IMG/VR virus record: IMGVR_UViG_3300030372_000536
Coordinates: 1-28,414 of that record
Direction: 5' to 3' (one strand)
Origin: a virus
Lineage: Duplodnaviria; Caudoviricetes
DNA length: 28,414 bases
Shown: piece after piece, positions 17,195-25,013 of the stretch
How the letters are laid out: the number at the start of each line of letters is the position of its first letter
Position numbering within the stretch: the first letter of the stretch is position 1
The notes under the pieces: generated by a model
Database searches by the model: none
Told to the model about the DNA's origin: nothing
The model's input: only the letters and a program-made list of their open reading frames with translations
Position numbers and translations under genes: made by a program

Positions 17195-17799
17195 AATAAT
17201 TCTTTTCCTTTTAAATATTCATCTAATTGACTATCAATTTTTGATGTTTTTTGTTTTGGTTTATCCCACTTCTTTTGATTTTTTGCCCAACGCAATAATC
17301 GTAATTTTATTTCAAATGTATTTTGCTTTTGGTATCTCATTTTCTTTTTTCCTTCTGTCCAATAGTTTATAAAATCCTCTAACATATCTTTTGGATAATC
17401 AAAACTCATAACCTCAGAAATAAATTTTTCTTTAGATATATTTATATTACTTGTATTATTAATACTTGTAGTATTCTCTTTGCTCATTTTGTATATAGCC
17501 CTATCATCTTTTTGGATTATACCTATCCTCCTTTTGATCACTTGTTTTTTTTCATTACGTTCTACTTCTATATTTATAAATCCTAATTTATTTAAATCAC
17601 TTATCCACCTACTTACTGTATTTTTACTAACTGCATAAAGATCAGCAAAGTAATTATTAGATGCATAGCAGTACCCTAGCTTTCCACTTAATGCTGTTAT
17701 CTCTCCATATAAGAGTTTTGCATTAGGTTTTAAATTAGAATACCTTACATCAGCAGGTATTATAGCATAATAATTAGGTTTATCTTTCATATGTTTCAT
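17191..17799 (-). CDS. Replication initiator (N-terminal HTH, replisome-organiser type)
   Basis: KPNYYAIIPADVRY...AKLLYGEITAL...GYCYASNNYFADLY.VSKNTVSRWISDL; low-complexity N/T linker; FINYW C-terminal domain. Confidence 0.8.
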   Translation of the reverse strand: MKHMKDKPNYYAIIPADVRYSNLKPNAKLLYGEITALSGKLGYCYASNNYFADLYAVSKNTVSRWISDLNKLGFINIEVERNEKKQVIKRRIGIIQKDDRAIYKMSKENTTSINNTSNINISKEKFISEVMSFDYPKDMLEDFINYWTEGKKKMRYQKQNTFEIKLRLLRWAKNQKKWDKPKQKTSKIDSQLDEYLKGKELL

Positions 17800-18301
17800 A
17801 AGTTATTTTATGCTTATAATCTTTTAAAGCATTTTTTAATATTTCCATTTGTTTGCTAAAATTAAAACAATCTGACAAAAGTAAATAATTTAAATTACCC
17901 GAATTTATTGTTACTAACACTTCTGGTTTTTTACTATTCTTTAATCCTAATTCATCTTGAATAAAATATTTAAGATGTTTTTTATCAATGAATTGTTTTT
18001 TATTATCTTCAATATTCCTAAAAGCTCTCATTACTTTAATATAAGCATTTCTGTAAGGTTTGTACCACTTAAACCAATCAGCATGGTTTCTCTCATAATG
18101 ATATGTAGCTGTTCTATGTTTTTTTAAAACTTTAGCCACTATATTCCTTTTAATACCTTCTTTTAAACCTATATAACCTGCTATCTCTCTACCTAATGCT
18201 ATTGGTCTATCTCTTAATTGTAATGATAAGCAATCTTTTGGTAACTCTAATACTTTTGTGGTTAAGTTGCAAATCTGTATAAATTGTTCAGTTTCTGACA
18301 T
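17780..18301 (-). CDS. DnaA domain IV-like DNA-binding protein
   Basis: RDRPIALGREIAGYI...IVAKVLKKHRTATYHY resembles the DnaA C-terminal R....aRqiamYl...Ig....rdHttV.h pattern; no AAA+ domain. Confidence 0.55.
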   Translation of the reverse strand: MSETEQFIQICNLTTKVLELPKDCLSLQLRDRPIALGREIAGYIGLKEGIKRNIVAKVLKKHRTATYHYERNHADWFKWYKPYRNAYIKVMRAFRNIEDNKKQFIDKKHLKYFIQDELGLKNSKKPEVLVTINSGNLNYLLLSDCFNFSKQMEILKNALKDYKHKITYETYER

Positions 18302-18321
18302 AATTAAATTTTTAGAAATTA

Positions 18322-18392
18322 ATAAGGGGGGAATAATCTTTACAAAGTATAACTGCTCGGTTAATAAATATAATGATCATAAACCCCCTTAT
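18322..18392 (-). ncRNA. Structured RNA element B
   Basis: Outer stem AUAAGGGGG/CCCCCUUAU, inner stem AUGAUC/GAUUAU; shares scaffold with element A. Confidence 0.55.
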
Positions 18393-18395
18393 ATA

Positions 18396-18818
18396 TTAGA
18401 AGGGTAAATCGTCTTTTTTGTTATCAGTATTTACTTCTGTTTTATTTACCCACTCTATAAATGTTTCTGCTTGTTTATATAATTGTTCTTCACTAGCTGC
18501 AGCACCTAAATAATCTATTGCTCTACCTAAACCAGCCCACCTATTTATTGCTCTTTGTCTATCATCATTACCTTTAAATCCACCTGTAAAATTACCTTTA
18601 TTGTAATGCGGTTTTATTTTAGGAAATTTACCACCATCATATTCATATTCCATTTCTTTACCTACTACAAATTTATCTTGTTCTTTAGATTTAGATGAAT
18701 ATTCACCTACATTACCATCCTCCATTTCTACTTCAAATTTGTACATTAAACCGAATTTACCTTCCCATGTACCATTTGATTGTACATTTTTTACTTTACT
18801 AGTTTTTAATAATCCCAT
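18396..18818 (-). CDS. Single-stranded DNA-binding protein-like
   Basis: OB-fold-like N-terminus and acidic DDLPF C-terminal tail; ATG at 18818 with an A-rich leader. Confidence 0.65.
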   Translation of the reverse strand: MGLLKTSKVKNVQSNGTWEGKFGLMYKFEVEMEDGNVGEYSSKSKEQDKFVVGKEMEYEYDGGKFPKIKPHYNKGNFTGGFKGNDDRQRAINRWAGLGRAIDYLGAAASEEQLYKQAETFIEWVNKTEVNTDNKKDDLPF

Positions 18819-18862
18819 TTTTATATATTTTAAATTTAATTGTTTTTTTAAGGTAAACAATT

Positions 18863-19087
18863 CTAACCTCTTAATCTTTCAAGTCTTTCATCATCAGCTC
18901 TATCTTCTAAATAGTGCTCCATTTGTATAGCCTCGTATTCGTAATCTTCTATTGCTACACAACCTTCTTTACAATCTAAACAACGTTCTTCTGTTTCATC
19001 TAAAAGTGCACCACAGCAATTACTCACCATATCATATCCTTCCCCATCATCTATAGGGTTACTTAGTTTCCAATTATCGTATAACAT
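18863..19087 (-). CDS. Small acidic Zn-finger protein
   Basis: SNCCGA...RCLDCKEGC. Confidence 0.6.
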   Translation of the reverse strand: MLYDNWKLSNPIDDGEGYDMVSNCCGALLDETEERCLDCKEGCVAIEDYEYEAIQMEHYLEDRADDERLERLRG

Positions 19088-19331
19088 AAAGCATAATTAT
19101 TTTAGTTAAACAAATTACTAATCCTGTTCCAAATACCGCCATTATAACATTAAATAATGTATCTGATTTTTTTATAGTGCTTATAGCATAATCACTCCAA
19201 TTATTTTTATAGATAATTGTTTTCGTTTCTTTACACCATTCAGCAGTAAAGAATCTTTTTAATTCTTCTGAATTAAATACCTGTTCTTGTCTAGTTACTC
19301 TATTGATAACTTTAAATTGATTTTTTTTCAT
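19074..19331 (-). CDS. First early gene; C-terminal TM helix
   Basis: ATG at 19331 follows the promoter and an A-rich leader; the listed start at 19373 runs through the promoter itself. Confidence 0.6.
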   Translation of the reverse strand: MKKNQFKVINRVTRQEQVFNSEELKRFFTAEWCKETKTIIYKNNWSDYAISTIKKSDTLFNVIMAVFGTGLVICLTKIIMLYVIR

Positions 19332-19359
19332 AATTCTCTTTGTTTTATTATTTATACTG

Positions 19360-19393
19360 CAAATATACAACAAAATAAATTACTTATTCACAA
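19360..19393 (-). promoter_or_regulatory. Host (Bacteroidota primary sigma) early promoter
   Basis: -7 box TATATTTG at 19360-19367; TTG 23 nt upstream; heads the early gene block. Confidence 0.75.
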
Positions 19394-19432
19394 CTTTATT
19401 ATCAAAGTTATTAACAATTCAAATGTTAAGAA
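19384..19432. repeat. 12-bp-phased DnaA-box-like array
   Basis: TTATTCACA (19384), TTATTATCA (19396), TTATTAACA (19408) and inverted TGTTAAGAA (19424). Confidence 0.55.
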
Positions 19433-19435
19433 TGT

Positions 19436-19510
19436 TTATATAAAAGAGGCGGCTAGTATTAATATAAGCATTATTACTAGAATAATCGGTAATTGATGCC
19501 TAGGTTTCAT
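19436..19510 (-). CDS. 24-aa hydrophobic peptide MKPRHQLPIILVIMLILILAASFI
   Basis: TAATG overlap with the phosphoesterase stop; single TM-like stretch. Confidence 0.5.
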   Translation of the reverse strand: MKPRHQLPIILVIMLILILAASFI

Positions 19511-20238
19511 TATAAGGGCATTAAAAGGTTTATAGGTGTAGTACCACCAAGAACAACTCCACAGGCAATAGACGGCTTCTTACCACGTTTAGCATAAGCC
19601 ATAGCATAACTATCATGATTAATACCGCAACCTACTTGCATCCCCCATACTCTAAAGTTTTGACCTACATAATGTTCTATATAGCATTGTGTATGTAAAT
19701 GACCTTGTACTGTGTTCATCATATCAGCACGACACTTACTTCTGCTCGTTCCTGCTTCACCATGAATATATTGTACACCATCTATTACTAATCTATCTAC
19801 AAATTCCCAATTGGGAACTTCTAATACTTCTTTATAAGATTTTATCCATTTACTTGGTATTAATGATGTTTGTGCTTTACGCATAATCATTCTATCATGG
19901 TTACCCAATACTACTGTAGCTTCTGGAAACGCTTTATACCAACGTGCTATTCTTTTAATAGCTACTTCAAGTTCTTGCTTACCTGTATATTCAGCTTCAA
20001 TATCTATCTCATGAAAAGAACTATAATGGTTATCGACAATATCGCCTATGTAAACTACTTCATTACAGTTCCAAATTTCGTATTGCTCAATACAAAAATC
20101 TAAATAACCATCTAAACAGAATGGTTCATGAAGGTCACCGATAACTAGAACGTTCCTAGTTTCGGTTTCCCTCATTCTTTTAAGTGCCGCTATTTCATGC
20201 GGCTTTAATCTATATCTATTATTTTTTAGCACTATCAC
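19510..20238 (-). CDS. Calcineurin-like metallophosphoesterase
   Basis: GDLH, GDIVD, GNHD, HG and GHLH motifs all present. Confidence 0.9.
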   Translation of the reverse strand: MIVLKNNRYRLKPHEIAALKRMRETETRNVLVIGDLHEPFCLDGYLDFCIEQYEIWNCNEVVYIGDIVDNHYSSFHEIDIEAEYTGKQELEVAIKRIARWYKAFPEATVVLGNHDRMIMRKAQTSLIPSKWIKSYKEVLEVPNWEFVDRLVIDGVQYIHGEAGTSRSKCRADMMNTVQGHLHTQCYIEHYVGQNFRVWGMQVGCGINHDSYAMAYAKRGKKPSIACGVVLGGTTPINLLMPL

Positions 20239-20413
20239 TTAATCCTTGACCAATAACAAGGGCGATTAAAGAATGTAATATAGCTGTAGTATCTTCTGGA
20301 TTTAATCCAAATGATTCATGTAATAACTGTACTAAAATAGCTGCTATAGTATACCATGCTTTTTTAGATTTTAAAATTTTACCGATTAGAAAGTTTTTTA
20401 ATAATTCGTTCAT
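20219..20413 (-). CDS. Holin-like membrane protein
   Basis: 64 aa, two hydrophobic segments, adjacent to the endolysin. Confidence 0.55.
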   Translation of the reverse strand: MNELLKNFLIGKILKSKKAWYTIAAILVQLLHESFGLNPEDTTAILHSLIALVIGQGLSDSAKK

Positions 20414-20444
20414 TTTATTTAATTTAGTTAATATTCAAATTTAA

Positions 20445-20807
20445 TTAATTGTAGAGCCAAAAAACATCTTGGTCTTTATCTTTATCAACATCACAATGTA
20501 TAAAAGTATCTGCTATACCTAGTCGTGTTACACCTACTTCTAATAAAGATTTTATAATTAATGCTCTATCTCTACTACCTATACACATTATATCTGCTGC
20601 TAAAAATTTTTTGTGGCTTGATCCTACACGACCACCAACAAGGGTATTTCTCGCTTCACATCTATAGGCACTATTTATTGTAAATGGGATTCCTGCATTA
20701 TGTCTAGCATAATCTAGCTTTTCAAGAAACGCCTTATCCATTTTTTTGCCTGAATCCTTACAACAAGGACAATCAAATTCTGATAGCTTAAAATACTTTA
20801 AGTCCAA
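20445..20807 (-). CDS. Endolysin, peptidase M15 family
   Basis: YFKLSEFDCPCC, SAYRC..RN..VGG...SSH....AADI, FIHCD. TTG start at 20807 preferred: 1 nt after an upstream ORF stop. Confidence 0.88.
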   Translation of the reverse strand: MDLKYFKLSEFDCPCCKDSGKKMDKAFLEKLDYARHNAGIPFTINSAYRCEARNTLVGGRVGSSHKKFLAADIMCIGSRDRALIIKSLLEVGVTRLGIADTFIHCDVDKDKDQDVFWLYN

Positions 20808-20808
20808 A

Positions 20809-20934
20809 TTAGAGGTAGTATAGTTTGTAAACCTTAACCCCTTTAACTTCATGTACAAACTCTTGACGAGTTTTAACCTCTTGAGTATTTTTAATATAAC
20901 GAGGATTGTTACTATTGAGCTTTCTTTTTTTCAT
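20809..20934 (-). CDS. 41-aa basic protein MKKRKLNSNNPRYIKNTQEVKTRQEFVHEVKGVKVYKLYYL
   Basis: Manual translation; tiles the gap between the holin-like ORF and the endolysin. Confidence 0.55.
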   Translation of the reverse strand: MKKRKLNSNNPRYIKNTQEVKTRQEFVHEVKGVKVYKLYYL

Positions 20935-21076
20935 ATTTCACAAATTTATAAATTGAAAATCCTATTGCTAAAATTAAGGATATAAACGTCAATATCTCAT
21001 TTGCCTCAACTAACGATATACCTATTGCAGTACCATTAGCGAGTGCTACCTGTGCTGTGTCTTGTATTTCTCTCAT
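20912..21076 (-). CDS. 54-aa holin-like membrane protein
   Basis: MREIQDTAQVALANGTAIGISLVEANEILTFISLILAIGFSIYKFVKYEKKKAQ: hydrophobic core with a basic tail, upstream of the endolysin. Confidence 0.6.
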   Translation of the reverse strand: MREIQDTAQVALANGTAIGISLVEANEILTFISLILAIGFSIYKFVKYEKKKAQ

Positions 21077-21158
21077 TCTTATTATTATTATCCTTACTCT
21101 TTATGTAAGATTTTAATTTAGTTTTATTTATTTCTTTTACTTTGTAATATTTCTTCAT
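21036..21158 (-). CDS. 40-aa basic micro-ORF
   Basis: TAATG overlap with the adaptor stop; MKKYYKVKEINKTKLKSYIKSKDNNNKNERNTRHSTGSTR. Confidence 0.4.
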   Translation of the reverse strand: MKKYYKVKEINKTKLKSYIKSKDNNNKNERNTRHSTGSTR

Positions 21159-21721
21159 TATGTTAAATCAGATGTTAAGAAATTTCTAAGTGTTAATTTA
21201 GTTCCTTGTTGATTAGGTCTTTCAAGATTCATGCCATTATAGTAGGCATTAGAATCTGGTGAAATATCTGCACCACTATTAGTAGAATATTTTGGATATA
21301 AAGATGTATTATTTTTTATATATTCAATAAGACGTTCCGTATAATATTCAGCAGTATTTCTTATTTCTTCTCTAAGGTGTTGTGCTTCCTCTGTACTCAA
21401 CGCATTTCCTGTTTCTGATGTCTTACTATAGATGTTGCCATTTTCTACACGGAAACGCAAAAACGGTATAACATGATAAAATGCCCAATTAACCAGCATT
21501 GGTGATATGTAATCATTTAATAATGTTTTGTTGTTTGTGCTTACATTAGCAGCTACAATCTCATCATTAATTTCATTATATAATTCAGTACCAAGTTTTG
21601 GTTCTAAATATAATTTTTGTGATTGAATAATGTATGGTAGTATCAAATCTGTTGATACGTTCATGTTAATAGCGGTACTTTGCTTTAACATATTTTCTGA
21701 TACAAATAATGCTGTTGCCAT
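21158..21721 (-). CDS. Head-tail adaptor/connector protein
   Basis: Helical 187 aa directly after the portal; LGTELY, YISPML and AEYYTERLIEYI motifs. Confidence 0.6.
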   Translation of the reverse strand: MATALFVSENMLKQSTAINMNVSTDLILPYIIQSQKLYLEPKLGTELYNEINDEIVAANVSTNNKTLLNDYISPMLVNWAFYHVIPFLRFRVENGNIYSKTSETGNALSTEEAQHLREEIRNTAEYYTERLIEYIKNNTSLYPKYSTNSGADISPDSNAYYNGMNLERPNQQGTKLTLRNFLTSDLT

Positions 21722-21724
21722 AGT

Positions 21725-23764
21725 TTATCTTGGTTTTAAAAATCCTTTATTCTTCATTCTTTTAGGTGGTTTTGCTACTAATACACTATTTTTTTCAGCA
21801 GTAAAACCTTCGCTTCTAGCTTTAGTATATCCTATTAGATCTGCATCTTCTATTTTAGTTGTATTAGATTTTCCTAAAGTAGTTTTATATATTTGTCTTA
21901 ACCAAAAGTGCTGACAATTACCCCCACCTTTGTATAACCAGATTGAATATTTTAAAGCACCTTTAGCTCCCCAACCTACATTTTTTTTCTTATTCTTACT
22001 GTAATAGTAATCGTTTACAACCATATCAGACATTCTTATTATATCTTCTTTTCTATATAGTTTTTTTGCACCCATCATTTGTCTACAAAACTTTCTTCTT
22101 TGTCCTGTCTTATTTACTAAAAAATTATCTTCTGTATATACATATCTTACTCTAAAATAATCATAAGTCTTTTTAGATATACCATCTTGTTCTGATTTTC
22201 TACCAGGTAATGCTTTACCTGTTTTAGCTAGTTCTACCTTTTCATTTGCAACATCATTTAATATATGTTCAAAATCAAAATCAACGTGTTCATCTTCTAC
22301 TTTTTCTTCATGTATTAATTCACAATCTTCTGGTATATCCTCTCCATATTCTTCTATAAATTTAGATAGTTCTGTATTCTCAAAACCCATAGCTTCATCA
22401 TGACTTTCACACGCCATATAAACCGTCTTACCTTCGTATTCGTGTTCGTGATAACCTTCACACCCCATCTTTTCAGCTTGTGCTAATGCTTCTTCTTTAG
22501 TATCAAATACAGGTTTACCATCAATATTACCTACTTTAGCAAAATCCTCTCTTACTTCTACTTCTTCATTCAAAGGTGGCAACCCTAATTGTTCTCTTAT
22601 TTCGTCTTGTTCCATTACTGCTTTAAGATCTTCTGATGTAAAGTCTAAAGTAATTGGTTTAATCTGTACAAAACTAATAGGCATATCCATATTATTAACT
22701 CTAAACAATCTTCTAAGTACCTTAATGATATGATTCTGATAAGGCATACAAACTGTATTTAAATAATAATTTCCTGCTGCATTAAGTTCATCTACATTAG
22801 AACCTAGTCCTGTATCGTTTTTAATACCCATAAGCATAGGACTTGTAACTCGGTGAGCTGTAAGTATGTTTTGTACTAAAAGTTCCTGTAATGCAAGATA
22901 TTGCTTATCTGCATTATCCATAGTAATAGGTGTTATTTCTGGTACTCTAGTTCTATCCTCGCTGAATGTAAGTACAAAACGACCTGCTGATTGGCTACCT
23001 GTAAATTTATCTGTTAAACTTTGCTCTATTTGAAATCGTTCCTCTTGTGTAGGTACACCATTCGCAAAAGATATAAAATAAGAACCACTAAACCCATTTG
23101 TTATATTATTAAGATGATATTCAGATACTTTTTGATCAATTAAACTCCAATTATTACCAGCAAGGTAATCAGGTGTGTAATAAGCATTCATATTAGGTGA
23201 ATACAAACCACTATATAAAATTTGATTAGCTGATGTTCTATCATTAGAATTAAATGCTGGTACTCTATAAGGTTTGTTAGTTCTTGTATTTGCCCAATCT
23301 GCACTTATATAATAACCTTTAACTTTACCCATTTCATCTGGTCGTTCACATCTAATCTTTTCTACAGGCACGTGATATATTTCTGCTATTTGTGTTCTAT
23401 CTCTTGACCATACAATGTTAAGTGCAAATGCTCCTTGTAGTTTAAAGTCAAATGCTACCTTTTTAATTAACTCATGTAAAGTTTCATTAGAATTAGGTTC
23501 AGCCATAAATTGCTTTAACTTAACAATAGCATCTAAATTACGTTCATCTTCATCATCTATTACAATATCTTCACCAGCTATCATTTCAGCAGTTGCGTTG
23601 ATAATAGCTGCATTTGTGCTAGAATTGTAATAAAGATCTATAAGAAACTGTGGGTATAAGTTTTTCCAATTATCAGTACCATATTCTATATAGTCCTTAC
23701 CACGTACTTCTTGTACTTGTGGAGCAGTTTCTGTACCTAAGTTAATATTAATAATTTCTTTCAT
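21725..23764 (-). CDS. Portal protein with C-terminal accessory domains
   Basis: YGTDN..PQFLIDLY.NS..NAAII, DFKLQG, FTGSQSAG and ILTAHRVTSPMLMGI portal motifs; core ends near EIREQLGLPPL, followed by ~280 extra residues. Confidence 0.88.
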   Translation of the reverse strand: MKEIININLGTETAPQVQEVRGKDYIEYGTDNWKNLYPQFLIDLYYNSSTNAAIINATAEMIAGEDIVIDDEDERNLDAIVKLKQFMAEPNSNETLHELIKKVAFDFKLQGAFALNIVWSRDRTQIAEIYHVPVEKIRCERPDEMGKVKGYYISADWANTRTNKPYRVPAFNSNDRTSANQILYSGLYSPNMNAYYTPDYLAGNNWSLIDQKVSEYHLNNITNGFSGSYFISFANGVPTQEERFQIEQSLTDKFTGSQSAGRFVLTFSEDRTRVPEITPITMDNADKQYLALQELLVQNILTAHRVTSPMLMGIKNDTGLGSNVDELNAAGNYYLNTVCMPYQNHIIKVLRRLFRVNNMDMPISFVQIKPITLDFTSEDLKAVMEQDEIREQLGLPPLNEEVEVREDFAKVGNIDGKPVFDTKEEALAQAEKMGCEGYHEHEYEGKTVYMACESHDEAMGFENTELSKFIEEYGEDIPEDCELIHEEKVEDEHVDFDFEHILNDVANEKVELAKTGKALPGRKSEQDGISKKTYDYFRVRYVYTEDNFLVNKTGQRRKFCRQMMGAKKLYRKEDIIRMSDMVVNDYYYSKNKKKNVGWGAKGALKYSIWLYKGGGNCQHFWLRQIYKTTLGKSNTTKIEDADLIGYTKARSEGFTAEKNSVLVAKPPKRMKNKGFLKPR

Positions 23765-23766
23765 AT

Positions 23767-23988
23767 TTAATTTTCTTCGTTATACCAATTATTGCTAATG
23801 TCATTTACAATTATAAGCAATTCTGAATTAGTATAGGTTGTTTTGTCTTGTAAAAAATCGGGTGTTTCTCCCTCATATGATACAATAAATTCTGTTCTAT
23901 CTACATTGTATCTAGGTTCTGTAGTTTTTAATTTGCTAAAATCTACTGTTTCTATTTCGCTTGTATTTAAAATAACGTATTTTCTCAT
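23767..23988 (-). CDS. Small hypothetical protein paired with the LamG gene
   Basis: Start MRKYVIL at 23988, 2 nt after the LamG stop. Confidence 0.6.
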   Translation of the reverse strand: MRKYVILNTSEIETVDFSKLKTTEPRYNVDRTEFIVSYEGETPDFLQDKTTYTNSELLIIVNDISNNWYNEEN

Positions 23989-23990
23989 AA

Positions 23991-24716
23991 TTAAGGTGTA
24001 TCTGTACTCCATGTTGGAGCATTAGTTAAAGTTCCTGTATTAGCATTTCCAGAACTATCTGCTATAGATGTTCCTGTGCCTTCATCCATTCGCCAATATC
24101 CTATCAATCCAGATGATCCTGTTAGATTAACAGGTTGTTGTCCTGCTATATATAACTCACCGATAGGAACAACTCTTGTAAACATAGCTGCTTCATCTAA
24201 ATGTCCATTCCAATAAGAGTTAGTATTAATACTATTCCTAGCTAAAAATACATTACCTCCAGACATAGTAGTCATTTGCCCTAAACCTGTTGCGGTTCCT
24301 ACTAATACACCATCTAAAAAACCTTTTACCTCATCTGCATCTGTATCCCAAGTTAATGCAAAGTGGTGCCATTTACCGTCATTTTCTATAGCGGTTGTAG
24401 ATTCTACTTGCTTAGTAACATTATTACCCTTATATTTAAATATTGTCTTTGATGTACTGTTTAAATATGATATTTCTGCATTATTTTGTGCAGCAGTAAC
24501 TCCTGTTACACTAAACTTAATTGCAGTTGCATTAGCTGATACACTATCTAATTTTCCCCATACTGATACTGTTCCTTGGCTTACATTTATATTATTAGCA
24601 ACATTATTTAAATTTGCATCTTGCGTACTACCATTAAAATCTAATGAATAAGTATTACTATTAAGTAACGCTCCATTAGTGTTATTTAAACTAAGTCCTA
24701 ATTTTAATGCCAACAT
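23991..24716 (-). CDS. LamG/concanavalin-A-like virion protein
   Basis: YSLDFNG, TVSVW, DGKWHHFALTWD, FLDG, WNGHLDE and LIGYWRMDEGTG motifs. Confidence 0.85.
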   Translation of the reverse strand: MLALKLGLSLNNTNGALLNSNTYSLDFNGSTQDANLNNVANNINVSQGTVSVWGKLDSVSANATAIKFSVTGVTAAQNNAEISYLNSTSKTIFKYKGNNVTKQVESTTAIENDGKWHHFALTWDTDADEVKGFLDGVLVGTATGLGQMTTMSGGNVFLARNSINTNSYWNGHLDEAAMFTRVVPIGELYIAGQQPVNLTGSSGLIGYWRMDEGTGTSIADSSGNANTGTLTNAPTWSTDTP

Positions 24717-24719
24717 ATC

Positions 24720-24992
24720 TTATGTAGTTGCTCCTTCATGGTAACCAATACCAATTCCAGATGTAAGTGTAATTGCGGTCACGTTCATAAACAAAGTTGT
24801 ACCAGCTGGGAGTGTCGTTTGTAATGCACTTTCACCTGTTGCATCTGCTACTGTAATTGCTGATACCACTGATGTTACAGGGAAATATACTGCATAATAA
24901 TCTTTACTTGTTTGTGCTGCTGTAGTAAATATTTCGGTACTTCCGTTTTTCCCTAATTGTTCTGTTAATAATTGTTGTACGTTTTCTATCAT
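24720..24992 (-). CDS. Small beta-rich virion protein
   Basis: Thr/Ala-rich; LPAGTTLF...AITLTSG; in the structural operon. Confidence 0.55.
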   Translation of the reverse strand: MIENVQQLLTEQLGKNGSTEIFTTAAQTSKDYYAVYFPVTSVVSAITVADATGESALQTTLPAGTTLFMNVTAITLTSGIGIGYHEGATT

Positions 24993-25013
24993 TTTTATTT
25001 ATTTATTAATTTA

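Noticed and set aside
14489-18392. Elements A and B as simple intrinsic terminators or tRNAs
   Set aside because: Loops of 36-39 nt, no proper U-tract, no cloverleaf or T-loop motif.
19384-19394. GTTGTGAATAA resembling the start of Flavobacterium-type CRISPR repeats
   Set aside because: Only a short end match, with no repeat-spacer structure and no cas genes; better explained as DnaA box plus -33 element.
20808-20858. Listed N-terminal extension of the endolysin (ATG 20858)
   Set aside because: Overlaps a separate 41-aa ORF; the family motif starts right after the TTG at 20807.
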